Shown here: positions 1-12,064 of the stretch, one piece after another
Layout: every line of letters begins with the position of its first letter
How positions within the stretch are numbered: the first letter of the stretch is position 1
Assembly (NCBI GenBank): GCA_964247055.1
Contig: OZ176055.1
Span: 5,270,001-5,334,000, forward strand
Direction: 5' to 3'
DNA: 64,000 nt
Source: Paragordius varius
Taxonomy: Eukaryota; Animalia; Nematomorpha
Notes under the pieces: model-generated
The model's input: the letters and a program-made list of their open reading frames with translations, nothing else
Databases searched by the model: none
What the model was told of the DNA's origin: nothing
Translations under genes and position numbers: made by a program

Positions 1-54
1 GTTAATCTGCCTACATAAATTTTTGAGAGTTATATAACATTATTTTCAATATAG

Positions 55-863
55 ATGGGAAAGATAACAGTGTATATCATGAAATCGAGTTACCACATTC
101 ATCACTGCTAAAAACTGTGCACAAGAGTGGAAACAAACAATTGAAAAATATAATTATTGAAAACCAATTCATCGATTTAACTGAATCAAATTCAAAATTA
201 TTAGCGGATATTTCAAACAAAGATCTAAAAGATACCGATCCCTGTGTAAACAATGCAATTACAGTCGATACTCAAAATCCATTAAATTATATTGTCAAAC
301 ATAATGAAAGCTTTATTACAACAACCACAAACACTCAAACTGTCAATACCATTGAAACCACCGCGACAAATACCAAATTTGTTTCGCCTGTGAAATTAAC
401 ATTAGTTAAAAGTATAATCAATCACTTGTGGAGTTGTGTTACAACTGGGGCACAACATAACATGAATAAGGATTTTCAAACATTTTCCCTTGGTCCCTCG
501 AAAATCAGTAATAACGATACGATTAATGTTAAAAACGATTACAATACTCTACATATAATACCGCCGGTTGCAGAACATACGAAAGAATTTGATGTAACCG
601 ATGAAGCTAATTATAATTTAGAATCCGATAAGTCATTTTTTTCTGATTGTCAATCTGACGATATTGTTCATGCCAAAACAAGTTCCCAACACAAAACGAG
701 CGTTAACCCAAAGAAAAATTTGAAATCTATTAACAAAAAAGGTAAAAAATCTAAATCGTCCAAAAAATCCAATGTTAAAAAGTATCGGAAGACTTTGTAT
801 TCACTTAATGAAAATTATTACACTAGATCCAAATTATACCGACACAAAACAAAGGCTCATTAA
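55..863 (+). CDS. Terminal coding exon of an unidentified gene starting upstream of the window; low-complexity N/T/S-rich protein with Lys-rich C-terminus
   Basis: AT-rich tract ending in TAG at 52-54 is followed by an open frame (DGKDNSVYHEIELPH...) continuing into the 117-863 ORF to TAA; no recognisable domain. Confidence 0.55.
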
Positions 864-1573
864 TTTACGGGTTAAATTCACGAACATAGATCAATAAATA
901 TTTGTTTTAATTTAGGATATACTTAATAGATTTAGGTTTATTTAGATTAAATTGCACTATTTTTAGGCCCAGAAGACTTAATTCTTGGTTTTAATTAGGG
1001 CTGCACTAAGATACAAATCAAACATATGATTTCAAAAATTATCAACTCAAAAATTTAATCAAAAGCATTTTTAATAAATATATTTTTACTTGAAAAGTTA
1101 TTTTTGGAATTTTACGAAATATCAAAAAAATATCTTGCGGCTAACAATTTTAAATAATAAATTTTTACGGTGGAACATAATTAATTTTTTTGATAGGAAG
1201 GCAAAAGGTTAGTGAAAGCATATTTTTAATTATTAATATCCTAAATAGTTTTGAAGTTGATTATTGTAAAATTATTATTGAGTTGAAAACCCCAACAGGC
1301 AATGCAATTTTAATTATGTCAGAAATATAATCGTTTTAAAAGGAAAAAATCCCATTCAACCGATTTGAGGAATCAATATATATAGGATTTTATTATATTT
1401 TATCTTACTGGGTTTTAGAATTATTCAAATGTCTCATCGAATACAAAATAAAGATAAAATAACAAGGAATTCATTATAAATGTTTATCAAATGTTAATTG
1501 CTTGGAGTCAGAAAACATTTTTTATCAGTTCATTGACATGCCAATTTTTTCAAACGTAACCTGTCCTAATTAA

Positions 1574-1995
1574 CACTCCATGATCTTTTCACTTTTTTGT
1601 CCTAGTTGACATATTAGGGTATTTACCAAAGCTCAATTTCGTAAATAAACTACTGTTGTGAAAGCTATTTTAGTTAAAATAATTAACAAGCATTGTTCTC
1701 ATGCATCTAAAACAAAGCTTAAATTTTTTACAGTTTTGTGACTTGAGTCTAAAATTGGGATAGCTCCAAAACACGATTGAAACAAACAGCTGGTATTAAA
1801 ATCAATTATAGAAAAAATGGCGGCGAAAGAGTTTGAGCTGAGGATTTTTTTTAACAAGTTTACATTTTTTTAAAAAAAATTTTACATAATGCGAGACTAA
1901 ACAAAGCATATTTTTGAATTCGACTTAATACATTAAATACGTTTAAGATATTTAAATTCGAAATCGCGCTGGGATTCAAAACTACGCCAAAAGAT
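1574..1995. mobile_element. Degenerate copy of TTAA-flanked (piggyBac-like) MITE family
   Basis: Starts TTAA-CACTCCATGATCTTTTCACTTTTTTGTCC; internal similarity to 52121-52450; related ends at 19775 and 40640/41167. Confidence 0.55.
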
Positions 1996-2008
1996 AATGG
2001 TATTTTAA

Positions 2009-2841
2009 CAGGGCTTAGAACCGGAACCCGTTTCCTGGGATTTTAATAAGAACCGGTTCCACTTCTGCGGGAACCACCCCGGTACCGATTCCAAAATTTC
2101 AGGAACCAGCCCGGTTCCGGTTCCAACCGTTTAGGAACCAACCCGGTTCCACCCCCTTAATTACTGGTTCCCATATGATTTATTATGAAAATTTGATTTG
2201 ATTTTTTAAATTTGATTGTACCACTACACATTATAACATACTTCAAACCTAAACGGCTAATATTAGCGCTCTGAATTATGGACGATTTGGCTCTTCTAAA
2301 AAAACTAAGTCATAACTCAAGTTTATAATGTTCGTATATATAGGTATCCGTTGAAAAGAATTTTTCATCCTTATTTTTCTATTTTCAGACTTGAGAAGCA
2401 GTTAGACCAGTGAATTGCTTGGTGCATTTAAATTAATTAAAATTGCCATAATTAATTTAACTCTCATTTTATACTTTGTACTTACACATTTTCCTATTAA
2501 TTTTTTAATTTGTTTCATTTATTATGCTACACTATATTTCTTTCACTATACATTTGGCAATTCATAATAAATTGTTGGATTTAATTTTGGTTGTATTATT
2601 ATAATAATAATTTTGTAAATCATTTAATTAAAAGTCAGGAACCGAAAATGGAACCGTCTAAATGTAAAAAACCGGTTCCGGAACCGTTAAATTTTTAAGG
2701 AACCAAGGCGCTTCCGGTTTCAAATTTTCAGGAACCGTCAGTTTCTATTTTTAAATTCTTAAGAACCACGGTTCCGATTCCCTTTGTTCAGGAACCGACC
2801 CGGTCTCGGTTCCACTTTTTTTGAACCGATTCCAAGCCCTG
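2009..2841. mobile_element. Intact non-autonomous hAT-superfamily element (833 bp)
   Basis: TIRs CAGGGCTTAGAACCGG / CCGATTCCAAGCCCTG (14/16 match); perfect 8-bp TSD TATTTTAA at 2001-2008 and 2842-2849; dense GAACC/GGTTC subterminal repeats at both ends. Confidence 0.92.
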
Positions 2842-5006
2842 TATTTTAATGATTCAGCAATAAAAATTATACAATGATTATGTTTGTATTTATTTATCTG
2901 ATCTAAAATGTAATTTCCCGAGACTAATAGTGATAATTGGGAGGCTAAAATATATAATAAAAAATAGGAAATATATTAAAATATAATACCATGTTTGGAG
3001 TTTTGGTTACTTTTCCTTTTAGCGCAGAGGATATTTTTGCCAACTCATCCATTTTTTTAAAAACAACTAAAAATTTGAATGCGAAATATATAATTTTTGT
3101 TTAATTGGATATTAAAAATTAATTGATTTAAATTGTATACCAGTTGTTACATCTAAAGGTGAAAAAAATATTATGTAAAAAGAGATTTTTATATAAATTG
3201 GTTTCATCGATATTTCCATTTTAAATATTTTAATTTTACTATATTTTTATGATTAGATATGTACTACGGTTAATTACAATATGAGTAAGTATGAATAGTT
3301 AGAAAGTTATTATTAATTGCCAAATAGCATAAACAACAAAGGGCAGTATTATTGACTTATAGTTATTTTTCACTTTTTACTATTCTTAATTATTCTCTTT
3401 GCTGCATATGCTATTGGCAATAATTATTAATTTTCTAGCAAGTATTCTTAATCACACTGTATATGTTTTTTATAAGCCAGTATTATTAATATCAACGACA
3501 GTATTTACTGAAGATATTATAAATTTAATTAATAAGCTCATTTTAGGACGCAACCGTCAGAGGGCCGAAACAGTGATAGGTAATCAAATATAAATTAGAT
3601 TAGAAAATAAAACTATTTAAGAATATATTTTAAAATCAATTTGAGCTTGTGAGCTTTACGACCACAGGATTATACGGAAAAATGTATTGAATAATAACTA
3701 TATGTTTATAAAATATAATTTAAATAGCAAATCCAATAATTTAATTTGAGGTTTTATTAAAATAATTTAGAACTTATAAAATTTGATTAAAGCAGTTATT
3801 TTTAATATTTACCAGCATTTACTTAGCTATGTTTTAAGAAAATAATAAAATGTTTTCACAAACCAATTTCCAGTTAAAATTAATTAGACTTTTTCCGATT
3901 TCCTACCAAAAGTATTTGTAAAATATAACCAAATCTCTATTAATAACGGTCACTATTTCATTACGTAAACACTATTTAAATTCAAATAAATTAATAAAAT
4001 TGCCTATATTAATAATTGATCATACCCCATAAATCAGTCTCCGGATCTAATCGGATTTTTTCTTTGATTACTAATAAAAAAAATTTATAGTCAGATAAAA
4101 TTTAGAGAGATGCGATTATTTAGGTTTATTTAAATGAAATAGGACAGTGATAATTTTTATCAACTTTTAAGGCACATCTTATAAAATAGTAATTAAACTC
4201 GGAATTTAGCAAAATAACTTTTAAAGCTTAACAATTAAATACGGAACGACTAAAAATAGACTGGCTAAAAGAATTAATTTTAAGTTTGCATAGATATTTT
4301 AGCTAAAAATAGCCCTAATCATATATTTTTTAATGTAATTCTTGGTTCTAGTGGTTTATGAGTAGGAAACGTAAATACTTACAATTGTTTACACAATCTA
4401 TGGTACTTAGTTTACAATCTGAATTTTTTTTAATAATAATTTATGACGGTTAATATATAGCACACATGTGATTGATATGCTAACTATAATAGCAAGTCGT
4501 TAAAACAAAAGAAAAATGGATACGCTTAAATTCTCGCATGTCAAAATTATTTTCTACCAGTTTTTTTTAAATATGCCCAAATTAATTTTTTATTTAATTT
4601 TTTATATAAGCTATAAATAAATACCATCTTTCAGGCCATGTATAGTCACACCTATAAAAACAAAAATATGTTTTAGTATGTATTGTAACCACAAATACAA
4701 ATTAATTTTTTATTTATGCAATCCTATAATTTCCCTTTTAATAATGATAACCCCATTTTTTAAGAGATTATTGGAAAAATAGATTTTAATGAATAAATTG
4801 CGCATTTGATTTTGCCGTTATCAAGTATGCGCTCCAGCTCTCTTCAATAGTCAAATTTGTGGAATAACAATTTAAGATTAGCTTTTAAAATTTTAGAAAA
4901 ATACATGGCAAATAATCCTTTATCGTCTAAATCAAGTAATAAATCATTAATATTTTAGCGAGATCAAAAAATATTTTACTCCAGTTAACTATCAACTTGC
5001 AAGAAC

Positions 5007-5182
5007 ATATCGAATGGCACGTGAATGAGCAAAGAGTTAGTTATTTGGGCGAGATTAAAAAACTTAAATGGCTCACTGGCTTAAAAGTTAAAATAATAAA
5101 TTTTGTCCAATTTTTTAGCTCAAAAAATGCTACTTGAGTCGGCACATAAGCAAATTAAATTTGGCTAAGCTCATTCACATGA
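5007..5182. mobile_element. Small MITE, GTGAATGAGC-end family (other copies ~37236-37383, ~56845-57060)
   Basis: Inverted ends GGCACGTGAATGAGC / GCTCATTCACATGAC; similar ends and interior at the other two sites. Confidence 0.5.
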
Positions 5183-7133
5183 CACTAAATATCATCTAAT
5201 AATACATTTGTCCTAATAAGCCGCACAAAAGTTACATAGTAATTTTGACGCGAAACAAAAGAAATCATATAATTAATAATACCTTTGTGTGACGGTGCCA
5301 TTATAACTAATCATAAAATAATAAGTAAATAAAATAATATAACAAAAAAATAAAAATACTTACAAACTGGGAGTTTCTTTGTAGAATCTTTTATGCGAAT
5401 TTCTATAATTTAATTAAATACATGATATATAATTTTAACAAAAATTATATCAACTAATGCATTTCATGCAATATACAATTTATACACCTTGTATTACCGC
5501 CTAACAAGCTTTAGGTCGGATCAAGAATTATTCTTACTGAATTTAATAATTATCGTACACGGTGGTGTTGATATATTATTCGATAGCGAACAATATAAGA
5601 GATACAAAATGATCGATTCATTTAAAACGCTGGAAAAGAGTTTTTATTATTCGATTATTGCCCAAAATCAAACAATATCTTTTTCTCACTCATTGAGTTG
5701 AATAAAAAGAAATGTAATGGGAAGTTTCAGCTAATTTTTATTTGTTACTAAATTTTTCAGGTAATGCATCTTACAGTGTTTATTACTTAAAAATCCTCAA
5801 TATACATTTTAAAAATTGATGTTAAATATTTTCTACTTATGATTTCGGTTTTCAGGGATAAAAACTTGTCAAATTATATTATCGATAGTTGCTTAATCAA
5901 AATAGATATGAAAATATTTCATATGTATATTTTGTAGAAATAAACAACATTTCCGCTAAGATTAAATTAGTTAAATATGCTTAATTTAAATTTGATTGAT
6001 TTGCAAACCGTAGTCGGACCAAAGTGTCACCCCTTATTTGTGAGAAAATACAATTTTCACAATCATAACTTTAAATTAAAATTTTTTCCAGCAAAGTGGT
6101 GTTTTAATAAACCAGGTTTTTTCACACCTAGTCACAAATTCAATGACTGTAATTAATATAAGACTTACGTTTATAAAAAATTAAGAAAAAAACCTCGAAA
6201 CACATCTTTAAAAATCGTAAATTGTACATACCGATCGAGACTAAATCATAATGATCTATAACGATAAAATAAACGGTAATAATTTGTATAAAATAATATG
6301 CATCATAATTATATCTACAATAATGAATAATATGGCCGCTTTGCGCATCTATTTAGCACCCTAGTATATGATTGAGAAAAGCGATATTCCAGCTGACTGA
6401 TAGATTAATTAAAGATATCCATATATTTTAAGACATGAAATTAGATTATAATACTAAAATGCTTTAATCAGAAACTTTCAAAATTTAAATGTGATCTGGT
6501 AAAAAAATCAACGCCCAATTTTTATTTCTTATTCATAACGTATTATTTATACAACTTAATTAGCAAACACACAGAATAATATTAATGTCAAAATACGTCA
6601 AAAATCTTCTGTAAAAAAATTATTCATATAACATGGTATGCCTAAAAATAATTTAGAAGAAACAACAAAAATCGTCTTTAGGGGCAAAAGTATTTATGCG
6701 GAAACAATGATAAGCGCGATTGAGCACATGATGGACATTTAAAATATAATTATATCAGATAAATTAATTACCTCCGAATTTTTCTTTGTGTTCTAATGAA
6801 AAATTTATTTTATAAAATTTAAATGATATTGTTGTATTTATAAGTTAAAATTTCTCAAAATATATATTGGAACATTATTAAGTATATTAGAAAAGGGGCC
6901 AATAGGATTATACTAAATGCAATATAATTTTAAGCAAGTAATACGCATAGTTTACATTTAATATCGCCTAAAAGATGGAAAAAAATAATACAATTATATC
7001 CTTAATTTAATGGCCTTAAGGTTTGGTGAATACGGAAAAACATCCTCAATTCCTTATTTCACACCAATTTAACAACCATGATAAATGAAAATTTGAAAAT
7101 ATGGGTTGACCTTAAGAAATAATTAGCCATTTA

Positions 7134-7412
7134 CAGTAAAAATTTAAATTATACGGACAAAACGTAAAAATATAAAGACAAATATTTTTATTTAAATAAC
7201 CATACTTTTTTAACCTTTATTCCTATATAAGCTATTTAGTTATGTAAGTAAAATTGATTGTGCTATTAATATTTCTCTATTCCCAACTTTACCATTTTAA
7301 ACAATGAGTTATTTTTTAAAAAATAAAACATTAAAAAGTGTGATTGTCTTTAAGAAAAATATGTTTGTCTTTATATTTTTACGTTTTGTCAGTATAATTT
7401 CAGTTTTTAATG
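7134..7412. mobile_element. Tc1/mariner-like foldback MITE
   Basis: ~80-bp inverted arms beginning TA-CAGTAAAAATTTAAATTATACGGACAAAACG; same family at 8387, 24336, 32042, 37675. Confidence 0.75.
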
Positions 7413-7750
7413 TACTTATAGAATTGCGTCTTAAAATTTTGATTTTATCTTGCATATTTTGCCATTATCATTTAATTCCGTAAATATATTTAATATACCG
7501 TGTAGGGTCCCATTCAGTGCTAAAAATAAAAGTATGTGCCATAGAATTTTTTTATATTAATGATAATAAAACAATTAAACAAATTTTACCACTTATGAAT
7601 TCTTGAAATATAGGATTTCTTTCAACATCTATATTATTTCAAACATAATATGTTAATAATATTTGGGCAATATTTAATGATCAAACATTCAAAAGAAATG
7701 TAAACTTTTAATCAAATATTTAATTTGCAAACCTAAAATCAAGTATAAAC

Positions 7751-7966
7751 CTATTTTTTCAGTACAAGAGAGATAACATTCAACGGGATCTCTAAAATTA
7801 TTAGCGTTTCCGTCACAACCGCTAAAACTGAATGGTTGGCAATAACCAGCCGATGCATTGTAATGAAAGCGGGTGTATTCATCGTTGCAGTTTCCTTTTT
7901 CTGGAGTCATATAACAATCTTCTGTTGTTCGTGGGACATTAATAACATTGCGAGATGCCAGTTTAT
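7751..7966 (-). CDS. Kunitz/BPTI protease-inhibitor domain exon (phase 1-1)
   Basis: CYMTPEKGNCNDEYTRFHYNASAGYCQPFSFSGCDGNANNFRDPVECYLSC has all six Cys, GC and GN.NNF motifs; AG at 7968-7967, GT at 7750-7749; 216 nt. Confidence 0.9.
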
Positions 7967-8386
7967 CTTGAATAAAAAGGCATTTTTATTTTTTATGATA
8001 AATCGTCCCTTTTTTTTAATGTGCTTATCGATTATTTTGGCCAACAAAAACGTTGTTATATTCTTTTGTTAATACATGCTTTATCAAATGCTCTTATCGT
8101 AAGAAATGAGATACCTTCCAAAGGAAATTAGGAGATTATAAGAAATTAACGTATTTAAACGGAAAACCACCCCTAATAAATAATTCAATTATTTCAATCA
8201 AAATTTTAGAATTTTATTCTATCGAAATATTATAATTGCACCTCAAGTTTTTCCTTAAACACTTAATGTTGCTCTTTCGACATTTAAACTTTGCCCTTTT
8301 AATGCCTTTTTTTGTTCTTCGGATTTTTTATATCGAATTTCAGCGTTAATAAAAGTTAGGAAAATCATATTTAATTCATTTAATAT

Positions 8387-8660
8387 ACGGAAAAAGTTGA
8401 AATTATACGGACAAAACGTAAAAATATAAAAACAAATGTTTTTTTTTCAAAAAACAACCATACTTTTTACCTTGATTTTTATTATAAAATATTTAACCAG
8501 TGTAAAATATAAAATTGATTGTGTTCCCAATATATATCTCTGTTTCATACTTTGCAATTTTAATATAATTAAACCAAATAAGATTTGAGAAGTATGGTTG
8601 TCTTTTAAATTTGTCCTTATATTTTTACTTTTTGTCCGCATAATTTTAAATTTTATTGTA
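8387..8660. mobile_element. Tc1/mariner-like foldback MITE (same family as 7134-7412)
   Basis: Inverted arms with AAATTATACGGACAAAACGTAAAAATATAAA and CAACCATACTT motifs. Confidence 0.7.
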
Positions 8661-9547
8661 TCTTGCAATGTCTTTCAAAATTCTATTGTTTAATAAAAAA
8701 ATATTCCTTTAGAGACCCTTTTTTATTTAAGTGTAGGAAGTTAAATTGTAAGGACCTACCAAAGCTTTAACACTCGTCAGCCCAAGGCTGACAGGGATGA
8801 TAGAAAATTGCGTAATTTCAGAATTCCAACGATGGTACACTATAAACACAATGCAAGTATCCGGCGCCCTATTCATTATACCACTAAATAGTTTTTCAAA
8901 TTTTTAATTTACAAGAGGCATCCTTGGAATTATTGAATCAATCTAATAATAATTTCTATTTTAAGGTTTTACGTTTTTAATATAAAAATAGGGGATTGAA
9001 AAACATGTTTAGCATATGCAAACATGTTGCATCTCTTAAAAATACCTAAAAGTTAATGGATAAAATAATGAGATGTCTAATGACCCCGAAATTTTATAAG
9101 GATTAACCTAAAAAATGACCAATATAAATTTTAAAACCAATTTGACGCGAAATATGTTAATTATTTATAATAGGCATGGCTTCATATATTACACATTAAT
9201 GCCATATTTTATCAAATTTTAGCGATTTAATTTTTTTAACTGCTTATACGAATGAGATCCATTAAGCTATCAAATCAATATGTTAAAAATTACATATTAT
9301 TTTTGCGGTATATTTTAGCTTTTGTTTGGTATGTGTCTAACCCAGAACTTATTAAAAATTTTCTTTAAAAGGAGGGCATCCTGAAAATATCTGATTAATC
9401 GCACCTTTTTGCATTATCCTAAAATTCCAAAAACTGCGCGAGAGCACTAAAAAAACATATTTAAATGAATAATGCTAGTAATTTAAATTCCTTTAAAATA
9501 CTAAAAAAAGCTATTTTAAGACTGGTTATTTAGTTTATATTAAATAC

Positions 9548-9637
9548 CTTCGGGTCTTTTTGTTTTGAAATCTTTGTACAAAATATCTATAAGCGAAACA
9601 TTCTTCAAATCATTGGACGTATTTATGGGATTACCGC
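9548..9637 (-). CDS. Probable upstream exon of the Kunitz gene (GNPINTSNDLKNVSLIDILYKDFKTKRPE)
   Basis: TTTCAG acceptor, GTATTT donor, 90 nt open, phase 1-1 compatible with the Kunitz exon. Confidence 0.5.
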
Positions 9638-9643
9638 CTGAAA

Positions 9644-9647
<4 letters not shown>

Positions 9648-9675
<28 letters not shown>
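9648..9675. repeat. (TA)n microsatellite; others at ~11731-11761, 20709-20731, 48037-48068, 49365-49391
   Basis: Direct reading of TA dinucleotide runs. Confidence 0.95.
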
Positions 9676-9679
<4 letters not shown>

Positions 9680-11729
9680 AACAAAAATTCTAATTCAAAT
9701 AAGTATTTAGCCCATTTTAGAAAAATATGGCTTGTGACACCAATTATGTTGATTCGCAACCCTTATTATAACAAACAAACTTGTTAATTAAGAAGTAATC
9801 ATAAAGTGACCGAAAAAAATTATATATATATTTACCAGCATTTCCAGCATCTATAAATTATTAAAATATAAACCATGTGTCCACAATCCGGATATCATCC
9901 ATACCTGAATTTTTCAATACAATCCATGATTTTACAGTGGTAATTTAAATATTAAAAAATTTAATAAAAAATTTTTCAAATTTGGATATATAAAATCTTA
10001 AAATTTAATTACCAAAATGTAGAATGCTAAGAGTTTCATGAAAGAAAATTTGTAAAACATAAAAATATTTCTTGCAATTATTATTAACATATAAATGCCC
10101 ATGGCCAAATACGTTTCTCGAAAAAAGTTTCAAAATATTATTACTTATTTATAAAGAACTTTCTGTAAAAGAATATTATTTTAGGCACTGTTATGTCATA
10201 CGCTGTCAAGTCATGTTAATATATACAGTAGCGAACGGCATAAAAAATTTGTTTATAATTACATAAAGTTAAAACATAGGAAGTAGTTTATTTTAATCAT
10301 TTCTTGTCTGTTAACATATACGATTCTGTAATTACAAAAATATGTTTATAATAATTTTTATCAATAAAATGGGGTTAAAAATTTACTCTTAAAATTGAGA
10401 GTTGAAATTTAAAACAGGATTTTTTGTACGGTCTCAAACTTATGCCGGCAACCTAATTACTGCGACTAGGTAGATGATTTGACTTACAAGAATAATAAAC
10501 AAATTTAATTAATATTTGAGCTTTAATCAAACTTTGATTTTATTAATACATAATCGTAACGTATATTAATGCTGTCGTTATTAATATGATAAGTCTCTAA
10601 CGAGTGTCATATCCTTATATTATTTTGAGTAGAGCCCTCTTTACATTTTAAGTTTAATTTTGCTATATGACATTTTTAATAGTAACTATCCACCACGTTT
10701 TGGAGCGACATCTATCCCTCTTTCTTTTGATGATAGTTTATGTAAATGCTATTTTTAGGTCATTAAACAATGTAATTTTACAAAAATCAAATGCTCAAAT
10801 GGTAGTCGCAACACAACAATTTCAACATATTTTAACATCAAATCAAATTACATCATTAATCTTTTGGCCAACATTCAACTTCATTGTGATAATATGTTCT
10901 CCGCACTTCAAACATTTTTATTTTTCTCAATTTTATAAAAAGAAACCAGTAGCGGAACTATAAGTCAGTTAAGCACATCTACAGCAATGTTACCTTGTTT
11001 GGACAACGATTTTGGACTGTAAATTTACAGGATATTTCAAAAAAACTCCAGAATATAATCTTCGTATACCTGGGCCAACGAAAAAATATAAAAGTCTTTA
11101 AAGTTTATAATTGCTTTAAAACAATTCATACCTGTATAAGTGACTTTTTTGAAGTAGAAATTTTTTGGAATGGGTATAATGTGAGTATTTAATTATTATT
11201 ATTACATTTGTATAAATGTATCGCTATATAGGTTGTAATATAAGGCCCACGAGAAAAAAAATTGGTTTGCAAATATTTTCTACTATCTGTTTTATACATT
11301 AATAAAAAAGTACCCAATAATTGTAAATATAGGCACTTTGAAATTAACAAGCAGTTAAAAATGGGCCCAGGGATACAGCGATTTCCCTAAGTGAAATAAT
11401 AAATATTTTTTGAGATCATCGCTTGTTAGCAAAGTCTATTTCCATTATGCATAAAAATATATAAAAAGTGATGGCAACTATTTTTTGAATGGCATTATTA
11501 ATTAAATGCAGAGATAATTATTAAGCGCTTATTTAAGGTTTAAAAATTGCAAGCGACAATGGTTGCGAACCAATTTATAAAGGACGACTTTGTATTTTGG
11601 GCGAATTACAGTTAAAGACTTTAAAGTTAGTTTTGAATTATGCTCAAGAATAAACGGCCAATTTTACAATTTTTGGGACGTATTCATATTAATAAAAATT
11701 TTGGCTACTAAATAATGAATCGATAAATG

Positions 11730-11765
<36 letters not shown>

Positions 11766-12064
11766 CCAATTTGTACCCTTTATTATGATTTATGTTTACC
11801 GGCCTCGTTTTCGTCTTTTTGCGTGAAGGGGCGGTAAAATTAAATTTATAGCTTCTTACATCTCTTTTTAATGAGTAAATTGATATTTTCTGGTTATACG
11901 CTTAAATCAATTTTTAAATGACTCTTATCGACTTATATAATGGTAAATGTTTAAAACCTTCAATTAATAAATTATGTGACTAGGTATAGTATTTTTGACA
12001 ATTACAATAATAACAACCGATTATTTTTTCAAGCAGACGATTTTAAAATTCCGAAAACACAATC

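Noticed and set aside
3361-3579. Possible plus-strand exons (hydrophobic stretch and GRNRQRAETVI with AG/GT boundaries)
   Set aside because: No homology recognised and no consistent multi-exon model; would need a 22-nt GC-AG intron that I cannot support
8760-8883. Minus-strand open segment GIMNRAPDTCIVFIVYHRWNSEITQFSIIPVSLGLTSVKAL
   Set aside because: Phases do not fit the flanking Kunitz-gene exons and no family is recognised; left unresolved
10560-11200. Coding-like composition, possibly decayed LINE or transposase
   Set aside because: Only vague resemblance across many stops; a translated profile search is needed
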